Part shown: piece after piece, positions 24,920-37,900 of the stretch
Layout: the number at the start of each line of letters is the position of its first letter
How positions within the stretch are numbered: position 1 is the first letter of the stretch
Source: Leptogorgia sarmentosa
Taxonomy: Eukaryota
DNA length: 64,000 bases
Reading direction: 5' to 3'
Assembly (NCBI GenBank): GCA_964658305.1
Contig: OZ210884.1
Coordinates: 7,254,001-7,318,000, forward strand
The notes under the pieces: model-generated
Databases searched by the model: none
What the model was told of the DNA's origin: nothing
The model's input: the letters and a program-made list of their open reading frames with translations, nothing else
Position numbers and translations under genes: made by a program

Positions 24920-25290
24920 AATAAGATAAGATAAAACTTTATTTTATCCTTCAGCAAAAGGCTGGTTTGCAAAGAAGGGAGTGCAAATTTGAAAAATACA
25001 TAGATAAAAATAACATGACAACTGACAAGACTAATATAAATACAATATTAATTAAACATTGTAACAAAGCACGCGATCGATCTAAACCAGGCCACTGTCA
25101 GCGAATAAGGTATTAAAGGAATCCAAGGAATCAGCAATTCTCAAATTAATTGCCGGGCAAAGTTCATTCCAAAGTTTCACACCACAAAACCCAATACTTT
25201 TCTTTAAGTATTCAGTATTGGCTTTCGGTAAATACAATTTGAATTCATTATGACGCAAGTTATAATTTGTAGAATGACATTGAACTTGTC
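24920..25290 (-). mobile_element. 3' fragment of a non-LTR retrotransposon (L2/CR1-like)
   Basis: ORF2 C-terminal-type motif YNLRHNEFKLYLPKANTEYLKKSIGFCGVKLWNEL, followed on the minus strand by AATAAA and a (TCTTA)n tail near 24920-24945. Confidence 0.7.
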
Positions 25291-26782
25291 TGGACTGATT
25301 CGTTCTCGCCACATGCATGGATTCGTCCAGACACATTTCCTTCAGGCATATTTCGTCGCACGCCAACCTTTCAAGTCGTCACCTTTATTTTTGTCTTGCA
25401 AAGCTTCCAGTATGAATTAGTGTGAGGATAATTGTCGCAATAATTTGAATATGTCTGCCATTGTGCCAACAAAGGCACAGAGTGGGTGATGGAGTTAACT
25501 GATAAGAAAGCTTTTTCACTTTTTTACTTTTTCAACACAAAGTTCAATTTTGTGCTACCACGTATTGTAATATGGAAAATCCAAGGGAACAAGCGGTCAA
25601 TAAACAGGGGATGTACATGTTTACAAATATTGTCAGTTATGTTTACTGGAGCATAACTGCGACATTTAACAGATAATTGTTCATAATTGATCTATCAAAG
25701 ATTCAATAACCTTCGGACTTTACCCTAACCGCACTCTTAGAGCCATGTGATTGTCATCTGATTATCATTCTATAGGCTGTTTAAGTGTAGAACTTGAAAT
25801 GTTTCCCTTCAATATATCTACACTTGGGGTTTACAGTTTTGGGTAAAAACGAGTTTGGTATTTGGGTGCCGGCAAGAAACATTACACAACCAGTGGTGCA
25901 GCGTGACCAGTTTGTGTACGGGCGTGTGGCATTCATATTTTCATTTTACCGACGCGTATTATTGTGAATGGGGAGGGACCTTGGATTTCGAGCGTTTAGA
26001 ACCCTTTGGTTGCCAGAAACGGCCATTCCAGAGCTTTAATTAACTGTACTTTTTGTGCCAACATTGACAATACTTTACCGACAGAGCCAACAAACAGATC
26101 AATTTATCGATGGATTCACTAAAAAGTGTGGCACGTCATCACCCCCACTCCCACAAACCCTTCCACCTGACGCTACGCCCCTGCAGACAACTTAAGATCT
26201 AGCATGACTATATAGAGTTTGTGTTCAAAGAACAGCCACACACTGCTAAGATGCTAAGTTTGACTAAACAGACCGGGGCCGATTGCTGAGAGGGCCGTTT
26301 TTCCCCAAATCGTGATCAGTCAAATCAGTTCAATGATATTCACAATGCAAACTAAATATAAACATTACCTACAGCCAGTCAATTTAATCGTCGTCACCTT
26401 AGTTATGCTGATTAAATTGCCGCAATTATTATGTCATCGATTTTAATATCGTTTTCAATAGTAGTTTGCTGATTAGTGCATAATTTATCATTTGTTCATT
26501 TTTTACTGACCATTAAGCCGAGACACTTTGATACAACTGGGGTCAGTTGTTCGTAGCCCGTTTAGCCTAAACGATGGAATATCAGTTCATGCATTCATTG
26601 AAATTGAACAATCAAAAAGAGCGTCTCAAATGAACGCTTATCTATATACAGCTAACTACATATTTACTGACAATAGTGTTAAATAAAAAAAATATGTCCA
26701 GTTACTCACAAGATGAATGGCAGTGTGATTTGAAGTCTGAACTCAAAATCATCCCCATTTTTTCCCCTCGTCAGAGGACATA

Positions 26783-27029
26783 CAGGGGGTGGACAAAAAA
26801 AAGTGGCCCCCAGAACAATTCGGTTTATAAGCGGCAAGCTCCACAACCTTGCAGATTTAAAGAAATATACTTAGATGAATAATAAACTAAGATAAACAAT
26901 AAAAATTAACATTTTGCTTAGGTCGTATTCAAACCAAACGGGGTTCTGCATTCCAGATTACTTGAGAGAGATGTTTTTCAGTAAAAACTGAATTTTTATC
27001 GAGGGCCACTTTTTATTGTCCACCCCCTG
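26783..27029. mobile_element. Tc1/mariner-type MITE
   Basis: TA-flanked TIRs CAGGGGGTGGACAA..AAAAGTGGCCC / GGGCCACTTTTTATTGTCCACCCCCTG. Confidence 0.85.
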
Positions 27030-27987
27030 TAGGTCATGAAAATATTCTGTGTGAAATTTGAAGTCAATCCAAGCAATAGTTTTTAAGATACAAACGCTCA
27101 AACATGGTGAAAATGCAAAGTGTTTTATGACGTATCCAAATGGACATGTCGTACACTATAAATTATGTATAGTAATAATAAAAAAAGACTGAAATACTTT
27201 AAATATAGCTACGGTATATATAAACGTCCTGAAAACGAAAAAAGGAATCGTTCATCGATATTCGACTACATTAAATAACATATCTTTTGAAAATGACCGA
27301 ATGTCAACCCTATATATTGCTGCGCAAATGCTTGAGATGAGGCAAATACAAAGAAAAACAAAGAGTGTTAAGATTTATTCACGAATTCTGGCAACCCTGG
27401 TCAGGTTTGTCCTATGTACGTGAAGAGAAATGAATACTTAAAACGTATTGCACGTATATTTACTGTTATTATATAGGCCGCATATGATGCATGCATGCAT
27501 ATTAGTTGGCTTTGATTCCGTTTATTTGATTTTGTTTATATTTCATTCCTTGTTTTTCGGCAACAATCGAACATTTTTGAGGTTGACATTCTGAATATTA
27601 AGATTAAGTAAGCATGCATGCAGTGCCAACTGCCAATAATAAAATTGGTGTATTCTGTAGCGCGTCCACGGTCCACACAGAGGAGCAAACAAATTAAATT
27701 GTAGGGGATATAGTATGACAATGTACGCTCCCCAAGCAGCCCCCCCCCCCCCCCCCCCTCCTCCTCCTGCTCCTTGTGCTTTATTGCAAATCTTGCATGT
27801 CGTATATTCCCGGTTTCAAAAATTAACCAGATCCTTCGATTCCTTCCTGGAGTCAACGATCAGTGTCCATGGCTCAAAGATTCAGATTTCAAACTTGGGT
27901 GCTCTGTGCCGTTGTCGCAAATATTTAGGTTATTTCTTACATGACGTATCCAGTGGAATAAACAAATTATAAATTTGTAAAGTTCCA

Positions 27988-30900
27988 ATGTGTGATAATA
28001 GCTGTTCAGACTGTAAAACATCTCAAAATGATGCCATGAACGACGAAATCACTTCAAACGAATTCCAACAAACTGACGATGAAAAGATATTGGAAGTTTT
28101 CGGCAAGTATAAATGAATGTTGTGTGAAATATCTATTTTTCAGCCTGCCAGCCATAGTAAAATCAAATGAATATATCATATATATAGGTGATAGGTATTA
28201 TGTATCATAGGATGTGTCTATATGGTATTTTTTGTATATAGTGAATGTATAAAGGTACATAATTTCTCACATCTGATAAGCAGGGAGTGCAATTGTGTAC
28301 TGAATGTTGGAGAATATGCCATATTATATAATTCAGTCATTGATTAAATTCCATTATCAAAAGTTATATAATATTATTTTTCAAGAGATTATACTGTATT
28401 AAACATGATTTTTTGTAGTGTAATTCCACTGTGACTGTAGTATAAACCGCAGTTTCGGCAATGTCCAAATCGAGGCAGGATGATTCAAGATTTGTGTCCA
28501 GTCTTCCAGTACTTTTATACTTTGTCAACTTTTTATTGAGTTCATATAATAATAGTGTCACCTTGGAAAGAATACAAAAGAGAGGCTGAATTGCCGGCTT
28601 TGACAATTATAGTCCTTTTCCCCACTTATAATTGGAGTGTTTTTGCAGCAAAACAATTTACTAGTATATATTATATTAACTTGTTTTTATTGCCTCAAAA
28701 TATTGATGCCTTAATTAGTTGGTATAAATAATCCTGTTTTGTGTTTTTTAGATTTGATTAGAGACATAAGGGTATGTTAACTGACTCCCTTTCTTAGTTT
28801 GTTGTATTGTGTAGCCCAAATCATTTGAGCACAATCGTTTTAAAACCACCAACAGTTAGCCTTTCTCAGCTGGATTGTAGCTGAACAATGCTCTCAAATT
28901 TATTAAGTACGGTAATTTTGCTAAAGTTGCTTATTTTTGATGTCGGTGAAGCACTTTTTTTGTATTTTTTGCACAAAATTTCGGCTTGTTTATCATTCTT
29001 TAAATGCGAATTCTGTTGTATTACAGGTTGTGCCAGTAAAATATAGTACTTTTGAAGTAAATTTGAACATATATAAAGGCCTGTAATTAAAGTTGTCGTC
29101 TTTAAAAAAATGTTGAGGCATTGGTATTTTTTGTTTGGCATTTGTATATTTTGTACTTATTTTGCTCCGCCGTGAGTTGTGGTCTTTACGGCATAAATAT
29201 TATCATTATTAGAAAATAATGGGATTACAATACAATATCCTTCACAGAAAATTGGGATTTTAGTTAGATTTGAAATGTAAACAGCAACTAAAAGTATGTC
29301 TTTTGAATCGACAAGATTTGTTTTGATTGTTCGTGAAATCTACTTTTTTTTTCATCCCGCAAAATACACGCACGTTTCGTGAGAGTTCTCGCGTTAATTC
29401 TCGCGCATGCTCAGTCAATTTTCCACTTCGAAATTCGAAATGGTTCGAAAACTTCGAAAACGTAATATTTATTCTATAACAATCCGTAAAAACAGGAATT
29501 CTGCATCGTTTCGGTTTTTGCCAATACAAAAACTATTGCCAGACTTCACCTACTTTGGGAAAAATTAAGGAATTTTATAATTCTTACGAAGGATTTTTCA
29601 AAATTTGTGTGGTAAACAAACATGACGTGTTCGAAAGTACTCTTCCTACTATGATGCTCTGAAATTGAAACCATACCAGGAAGGAAAAGTGATGAAATTT
29701 TCATTTTTCAACCTGTATTTTTTAGCCGAATTTTATAAAAGGGACTGGGGCGACCTACAAAAACCACTCACGTGTGGCTTCAAAGATGCCCGCCAAATAT
29801 AGCCGCGAGTTTTTGGCACCTTGCCGCAATATTTAATTTTAACTCGACGGAGACCTGGAGCGAGATCATAAATTACAGATTATAATTTATACCGTAAATT
29901 AAATACTCTAGTAGAATTATATTATATTAATCTAGTAGAATTATATTATATTATAATCTCTAATTTATATCTCGGCCCAGGGCACCCTACGTTGGCGGCC
30001 AGGGTGCTAAATCTCTATTTAGCCGAAATGGACTCTTATCCAATCACAGTTAGCCATTTCACCGAAAATGACGTATTCTTTTACCCTGCACGTGTTGTGT
30101 TTGTCTTCAATGATTTTCCCAAGTTGCTGTTTTCAAATATTCTTATAGGTCAATCTTTATACTAGGTGTAGTGACTATTTTGAAGTGAGGATTATTATTT
30201 TTATATAGGATCCTGAAAAGGAGCAAACCTTGGAAGAACTCGATGTTATCGCAGAAAAGATGATTGATGTTAGGAAAACAAGTTGTAATGAGTACTCGGT
30301 TAATGTCCATTTCACCCCTACTGTCCCCCATTGTACCTTAGCAACTCTGATTGGTGAGTATAATGGTGTTATGTATGTCACGTGCACGAATGTATTTATC
30401 TTTGATTCCAGATTCGACATTTCCAGCAAATTGGTGGAAAAGTTATTCCATAATAGTCACTTTCGAAACGTTTCCAATCACACTATTTTGTAACAGAGAG
30501 AGTGGCTAATACTTTCATGAAAACAAAATGCAATTTTTTCATGCGCCGAATGTTTTTTTCTGTCGCCATCTGAAACACTGCATGGCTTCTCTATGAAATC
30601 ATGTTTCAATGGGCAACCGTTGTATTTTTCAAATAGGTTTATGCATTCGAGTAAAGTTAAACACAACGCTAGCTTGGAAACATAAGGTACATGTGCTATT
30701 TTGAGCAAGTCAAATGCGTCCAATATGACAGTGAATTTCAAGACAAATGAGTTACTTTTTTGTTTAGCTGGACATTAACTTGACCAAAGGAACTCATAAC
30801 AGTGAACTTGATAGTAGGTTGTATTTACATTCGTGCATGGTTGTAATAAATATATTTAAACTATAAATATCCTGAACAAAACGCTCTATTTAGCGTTGGT

Positions 30901-31310
30901 CGCTGGCGCCAAAAGAATTTACGGTAATAATACTAAAGACAGTTGACCTTAGTTAATAATTATAGCCTTCGTCAGTGAATCCTATAGCCTTCATCATCTG
31001 ATAATATCAACCCACTAGTACACTGCAGCGTATTTAAACTATAACTCAAATATAGCAAAACTTGGGAATATTTCTTAATAATACTTCGGAATTTAAAGAA
31101 TCTTAGAAAGAATTCATGCAAAGTGGAAGCTGCCTTTGTTTAAATCTGTTCTGCCTGGCACTGACCGTTTGACATTTTCTCTATGTTATTACTAACTTAT
31201 TTGTTTTTTTAGTTAATAAACAGATCAACGACAAGGAACGAGTTGCAGCCGCGATGGAGAATCCAAATCTTAAAAAAATTGTTGAAGATTGTCTTAAAGA
31301 ACCAGATTAA
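27988..31310 (+). CDS. CIAO2A: Cytosolic iron-sulfur assembly component 2A (MIP18 family, FAM96A), 157 aa
   Basis: Exons 27988-28102, 28752-28771, 30209-30353, 30637-30686, 30768-30813 and 31213-31310 give ...[26 protein letters not shown]...[22 protein letters not shown]...[58 protein letters not shown] and the DPEK (rather than DPEH) motif favour 2A over 2B. Confidence 0.92.
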
Positions 31311-31470
31311 TTATACGGCAGACATGTACAATATAGTGTTTCTTTTTGGCACTTATGAAAGGTGTCACAAAAAAACGCTACCATTGAATATAATCTAGCT
31401 ATTGTTAGAATTTCAATAGATATTAAGAAAGCACTTATAGTGCTAGGCATTGAAATTGGCACCCTGTATA

Positions 31471-31715
31471 CAGGGCATGTCCCGAAAAAAACGGAACCCC
31501 CAAAAATAATTATGTATTAAAAACGAAATCGCTTTATTGTATCACAGTATTTTTATCCTGTTTTGCGTTTACTTATACTGTGCACAAAATATGAAATCCC
31601 AGATGCACAGAAATATCAAGTTCATCAAACTAATGTGAATAATAATTACATTATTGTAAATAAAAATTTCATCGAATGCATAATTTATGCAGGTTCCGTT
31701 TTTCTGGGACGCCTG
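31471..31715. mobile_element. Tc1/mariner-type MITE between the convergent 3' ends of CIAO2A and ACCS
   Basis: TA-flanked imperfect TIRs CAGGGCATGTCCCGAAAAAAACGGAACC / GGTTCCGTTTTTCTGGGACGCCTG. Confidence 0.6.
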
Positions 31716-31959
31716 TATATATAATAGATGCATATTATTTCTAGCTTTGTTTTTATGACCTGGGTTTGCCGTGTAGGTAACTACCGGTTTAGTTTACGGG
31801 AAAAGTGTATCCAATGCTTAACATACGTGCGCATGTATGGTGCGGAAAAAACCAAAAATGTAAACACGGCAAGACAAGATGTGAGAAGAAAGACGCAATT
31901 TATTTTCAAATCTTTGAAATAACTATAAAATACTGAACAGCTTCTAAATGTTAACTCGT

Positions 31960-34900
31960 TTACTTTTCCAGTTTGTTCAAGGTGTCGAAAATTCTTTCAA
32001 TACCTAGAAATAGATTATTAAAAATATAAAAAGTATCAAGGCTACAGTATACATTAGTGCCTCACAGTACATTAGTGCAATAGTGCCTCACAGTGATCAC
32101 AAATTATGAAAAAGCCAGCTAAGAAAGGGAAAAGCTATCAGGGATGGCAAAGACTCTGCAGGGATGCAGGGACTATCAGGGATGACAAAGACTCTTAGGG
32201 ATGGCAGAGACTATCAGGGATGGCAATTGGCAAAGGCCACCAATTGAGTCTAGGGATGGCAAAGACCATAAGAGATGGCGAGCACATGCCGAGATAGAAG
32301 ACCGCGCAGGATAGAATGTCAAAATCGGTATTCCTTCACATTCATATAAAAAATGCACATCCTACTTGCTATGAAACGTGTGATAATTATTATAAAAGTT
32401 ATTATAATATTTAAACATTAAACACATAGTCATACCAATCAATAGAACTCATACTCACCAAGCTTGACCATGTCACGATCGCTACCAATAACCATTCTAT
32501 ACCAGCCAGGTTCAACACAAGAAAACACCTTTCCGGCATTGATGTAACATCCATTCTCAAGTAACATATCCGCAAGACGTTTCTCAGTTTCAAAACGTGG
32601 TGGAGTCAAATATTTTCGCAAATCAATCCATACGTAGAGACCAGAACAGCTCGGTACCACAGGAATATCTTCCTTTTTTAATGCGTCATTTACCATAGTA
32701 TGAATTTCACGGAGTCGCTTGTGATTGGTTGGGATTAGAACATTATCCAGCCAATCTATGAATTGGGAGAAAACTACCATTGAACTGAACACATTCGCAA
32801 AAATATGAAAACTGTCATCCGGGCTCTGTTAATCCGGACTCTGTAGTGTACGTACGTAATAGGGACACTGCTAAACCTTAAACAGCATTTTATTACTGTT
32901 AGTATCACTATTGTCCTGAACAGGCTATAGCAATGATTGGGAGACACGTCTATATAGGTGTTTAACCAATCTGTCATGTGATTTGCACACAAATGTCATA
33001 CTACAGTGAACGCATCCTTTTGGAAAGCATACGAAAAGAGGCTGAATTGCTGCAGTTAGCAACGGCACAGTGCCTTAAAATAATTGACATTCTTTGCTAT
33101 CTTTGTTTACATTTTTGTTAAAAAATTGCATTTGTTCACAAGGCTTAGCGATTCAGCCTTCAACTTTTGAGTTTACAGACTTTATGCTTTCCGAAAGGGT
33201 GTATTGCAAACAATCGAAATATTTTGCCTAATCATCCAACATGCTATATTTTATTACTCCATATGAATTTGACATACCAAAGTCAGTGATAAGCTGTTCC
33301 AACATTGTCTGTCGTTTGAAAAAAAATAGAAATGGAATCAGCAATGATTTTGTGATTTGATCGTTTTAGCAATGACTTGGGTTTCAATGGTATTTTAACA
33401 GATCATCTGAAAGTAATTATGCAATACTTACCTGAAGATACGTAGCCGTGGAATAAAACGGTGCAAGATTATTTAAAGCGATCCCGATGTCTTTGTTGCG
33501 CGTATAGAGAGCTGCTGCACGAACACCAGACAAACCAAAATCCTAGATGAAATAGATTAAAGAGTTACGACCTGTTCACATGCTCCCGATTCGCCAGGAT
33601 GGCACGAGAGGCCAGGGTTTCCTTAATGGAGGTAAATTTCCTTCCAAAAGACAACCACTGTGAGGGGATTAATATATAGAAGAGAAATTTCGCTTGCGTG
33701 AACGCCCTTTTCTGTGTCACCGTTATGCATACGAAGTCCTTACGAAGACGGAAAATAGAGTAGGGAGAGGGTATTTTATTTTCGGAGAATTTTTGAATGA
33801 TATATGCAAGAAGGTCTGAACTGTGGAACATTTATTAAACTGTGATAAAAATTCTATAAGGAACAACTTGTCTGACCTATCTTCCGTTCAAGGTTAAGGC
33901 TTGCAACAACCTAGTAGTTTTAGAAAGTAGTTATTTTTTCCACTCTGTTTTTCAAGGTTCTGTAGCCAAAGAACATACCTTACTGAATCCCCACAATACA
34001 TGTAAACGATCAGGGCTAATGGCACTAAAATGTATCATTAACAATGCGATTACGAACTCGAGATTTCTAAATCGAGAGCAAGTACAATCTAAAGGATGTT
34101 TTCAGTAGAATCAAAGATCAAACATGAAAATATTGCAAAAAAATAATTTAAAAACGCGTCTCCGACGACATTTTCTTTGCTACCCTGATCGAGGAATAGA
34201 TAGCGAGTAGAGTAGCCAATCAAATTGCAGCATTTGCAATAGTGTATAGTATACTAATATGATTCTACGGATGTAAAATATAAAGTAAAAAATAGAGAAG
34301 TAGGTAACTACAAGATATAGTACAAATTAGCCTAACAGGTACATATAGATACCCTTGTCTTACTGACTGAATTCGGTAAAATGGAGGGTTTCTTTAACAG
34401 TTTATGGTGCATGATCATTGTTTTATCTGATTTTTCCTGTTTCCATTATTAGATGTACAAAAACATTTTCAAACAGTCAAAAGGAACAAAGAACAGGTTA
34501 TGTCAGGTCTTATGGGAGAGAAAAAGCAATGTCTAACATTCATTCAGTAAATGCAAACTATTTCATATGCAAAAATCGTATCACTGTGCCTATATGTAGT
34601 AGCTAGAATAGCTCATCAAAAAAAGAAGAAAACTTACCCCTTGACTGCCAGTGATGACTTTGTTGAAGCGCCTTCTTTGAAGACAGACAGCATGTACATT
34701 TCGTCTGCTATGATATGTAATGAATTCCTGTGATTGAAAAATGACCAATTGATTTATGGCATAATTAGTGCATGTCGAATCGGGTCTTTGGATTATTGTA
34801 CCATACGACTAATTTCAGCCACGATAAGTTTTATTTAAATTGAATCAATTGAAGATTCAATTCCTAATTGAATTGTAACAAAAAAATATAGCTTGGTTGC

Positions 34901-37900
34901 TCAATCAATTTTGGCAAAATTTCAAAACCTCGTTTCTACCACAATCGCACAAGTACTTGCACTTATAGCATTGCAACTGTGCTTACCGTTCAGCAAATTC
35001 CATGCATCCAAGAATTTGTTTCTCTGAATAAACTGTACCGAGGGGATTTTGAGGATTACATAACATCAGGGCACGAACTGTGATATTCTGGAGCGAAAGT
35101 ACAATAAAATAGAGGACGTAGAGAAAAATAACTCTTTTTAGAAAATGACAAAATATTCCAGCTGTGATGATGAAGTGAGAGGTATTTTTCGCCTTCAGAA
35201 ACTTGTACTTTCGTTAATACAATCATCTTTTGCTTATTTCAAAGGATATTACGACTTTAAGATTTCTTCCTGTTACACATTACGCTTGTCACACAATTCT
35301 GTGGGTATACCATATAAATAAAACCAATATGTATTCAGATGTTCATCGCCATGTTTACTCTTTCGTAACTATATCTTACGAGCTCGTTTTAATTTTAAAG
35401 TAATCTCAAGCAACTCTTACGAAATTAAAATCCAAAGAATTGGCGACGTATATCAACAAAAATAAGCAAGAAGCATTATTTAACCAAGTTCATCAGTTCA
35501 TCGCATTTCATTAAATTAAAATTACATATCTCATAGCAGATGCTTTAAAACATGCCAAGAGATGCGTGTTTTCACCGGATTTCTTATCATCTGTAGCTAC
35601 AGTATAATATACTACATAGTTCTACCTGTTCTTTCGCCTTGGCAAGAGCAGTCTCCAAGTCTTTCATTGTAAGTTCGAAAGGCATGTTGGTCTCTGGATG
35701 AGGCTAATAAATAGATGGATAAAGCGTAAAATGGTAAAACTAAAAATTGTACCAAAATAATTACATTTAAGCTTCTCTTATTTAAATATTCAATGCAATT
35801 AAACAATTAATGCAATTAATTAATTAAGTTAAACGCATCCACAAGACGAAATATGGTCTTTGTTTGGTCTGTAATATATTGAAAAGTTGAACAATTCTAA
35901 CCTCACTGGATAAATGAACAGGAAATCGAATAATTTCATTTTCTATGTAAAGATCTTGGTCAAACCCAGCATAATATGGCGTTGGAATAAGAATGGCCTC
36001 TAAAATTGGAAAAAAATAAATACCGTCTTTTAAAAGAAAATCGAAACAAGTCCATTGACTATGAAGCCAGGTGCCCCCCCCCAAAAAAAAAACCAAACAA
36101 AAATTGTAGCGAAATTCTCTATAAGCTCCTTTGAGGGCACTATTGCTGCATGCAATATGTGGCAATAGAACCAACAAACCTCCAGCATCCATTATGCAGG
36201 CAGAAACAGCTTTCACGACTGATGCACCACCGTTATAGATAAATATCTATCATAATAATAATAACAATAAAATTTATGATAATATTTTATATTAGGAAAT
36301 CTTTCTCTCAATTTAATTCACAAAGGTCCTAAAAACATGACAATAGAAATTTTCGGCAAGAAATAACACATAATATAGCAACAGGCTGACTACGTTTTTT
36401 AATTGCGCATCCCAAAAACGAGTGCTCCATGGCTTAATAGCTACATTTATGCAGGGGCGTTCCGTTGTTCGAAAGTCGGATAGGGCTATCCATTCACCTG
36501 GTAGCAATTTAGGCTTCCTAAATTAACCCGTTGATCGGTCTGATCCAGATAAAACTTTGATAATTTTATTAGATGAACTTTCTTTTATCAATTGCCAGGC
36601 CCATATCTGCAGTTTTATATTGTTCTGAGCATATTTACAACGGTTAAAAAATCACTATCCAGTGGACTAGCGCTGTCGGACATTCGAACAACCGGCCGTT
36701 GTTGATTAGCTACTTTTGTTGATAACCACTAACCAGAGTCCCGGATTGATAGTTACCATTGAGTATACACATGTATAGTAGGGTTTACATGACAAATTGT
36801 TTAATTTGATATATTACATACATGATTTGGATCAATTTTGTCGAAAGGCTTCATGTAGCGTTCGAAAAACGCAGCAACAATTTCACGGAATCTATGATGA
36901 AAGAAATATTATGCAAATTGGGTGTGATGAAGTGAAGAAGATCATGGCTGTTAAATGTTGGGATCCTTAGCGAGGATTTCAGTTTTTTCAAAATTAAATG
37001 CATTTTATAATATATTTATATCAACCAGACGATGAATTGCTGCTTTACTTACTGAAGACTGCTTTCCAGTTACGCGTTTCCCACGTTAAAGTTTAAATCT
37101 CTCTGTAGCTATTTCATTTTGATTTTATTAATCAAATATACATCTAGAAACACATACTACATCATTCAAAGTATGAGATGCTTTACATTTATTCATGTGA
37201 TTGTATAGAAAGTAACGTTAAAATCAATTTCAATTATTACGTGCGTACACATATATACGTACGAAAAACGCGTAACTGGAAAACATCCTTTAGTAACAAA
37301 CCTGGTAAAGATTGTAAGTAAATGGGGATTTTTAATGAAAAAAAAGGTGTATTGTCTTACGCCTTGTTCTGAGGCCTTATTTTATTCTTCAGTTGAAAAT
37401 CTGGTTGGCTTCATATACGAAATGTTTCCAGCAATCGATTAGGTTTGAGGTTTCGAGCCCCGAATTTTACAATATCAAACGTAACCCCCTTATCGCAACA
37501 TGCAAGCTTGAAACAAAGTGAGCAAGTCTGGGTCACGTGCGCTAACATGGTAAAAAATTATGCATCTTGAACTTCTTAACAAACCTTACTGTACCACGAA
37601 AATCGTCGTAGTGGCTATGTTCCTCTTTAAATTCGTTGTGCTCATTTAACTGCAGTGAAAAAATGAAAACATTCAACTATTCTATTTTTTTATTGAAGCA
37701 CTTGAAATGTTTGCCAGCCAGCAACTATTTTTTTAGTTTGTTCGGCCGAAACTTGAGCTTGTATCCATTATAAGTCCTTAATTGGCAAAATAGTTAAAAT
37801 TAATACAGGCCCCAGTTTATGATAAATGATCAGTGGACAGTTATGTGAGCAAGAAGGCAGAATATGTGGGCGAATTTGAAGCAAAGTTAAACAGTGTAAC

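Noticed and set aside
27715..27972. Proline-rich 85-aa ORF
   Set aside because: Produced by a poly-C run; there is an in-frame stop before the CIAO2A ATG.
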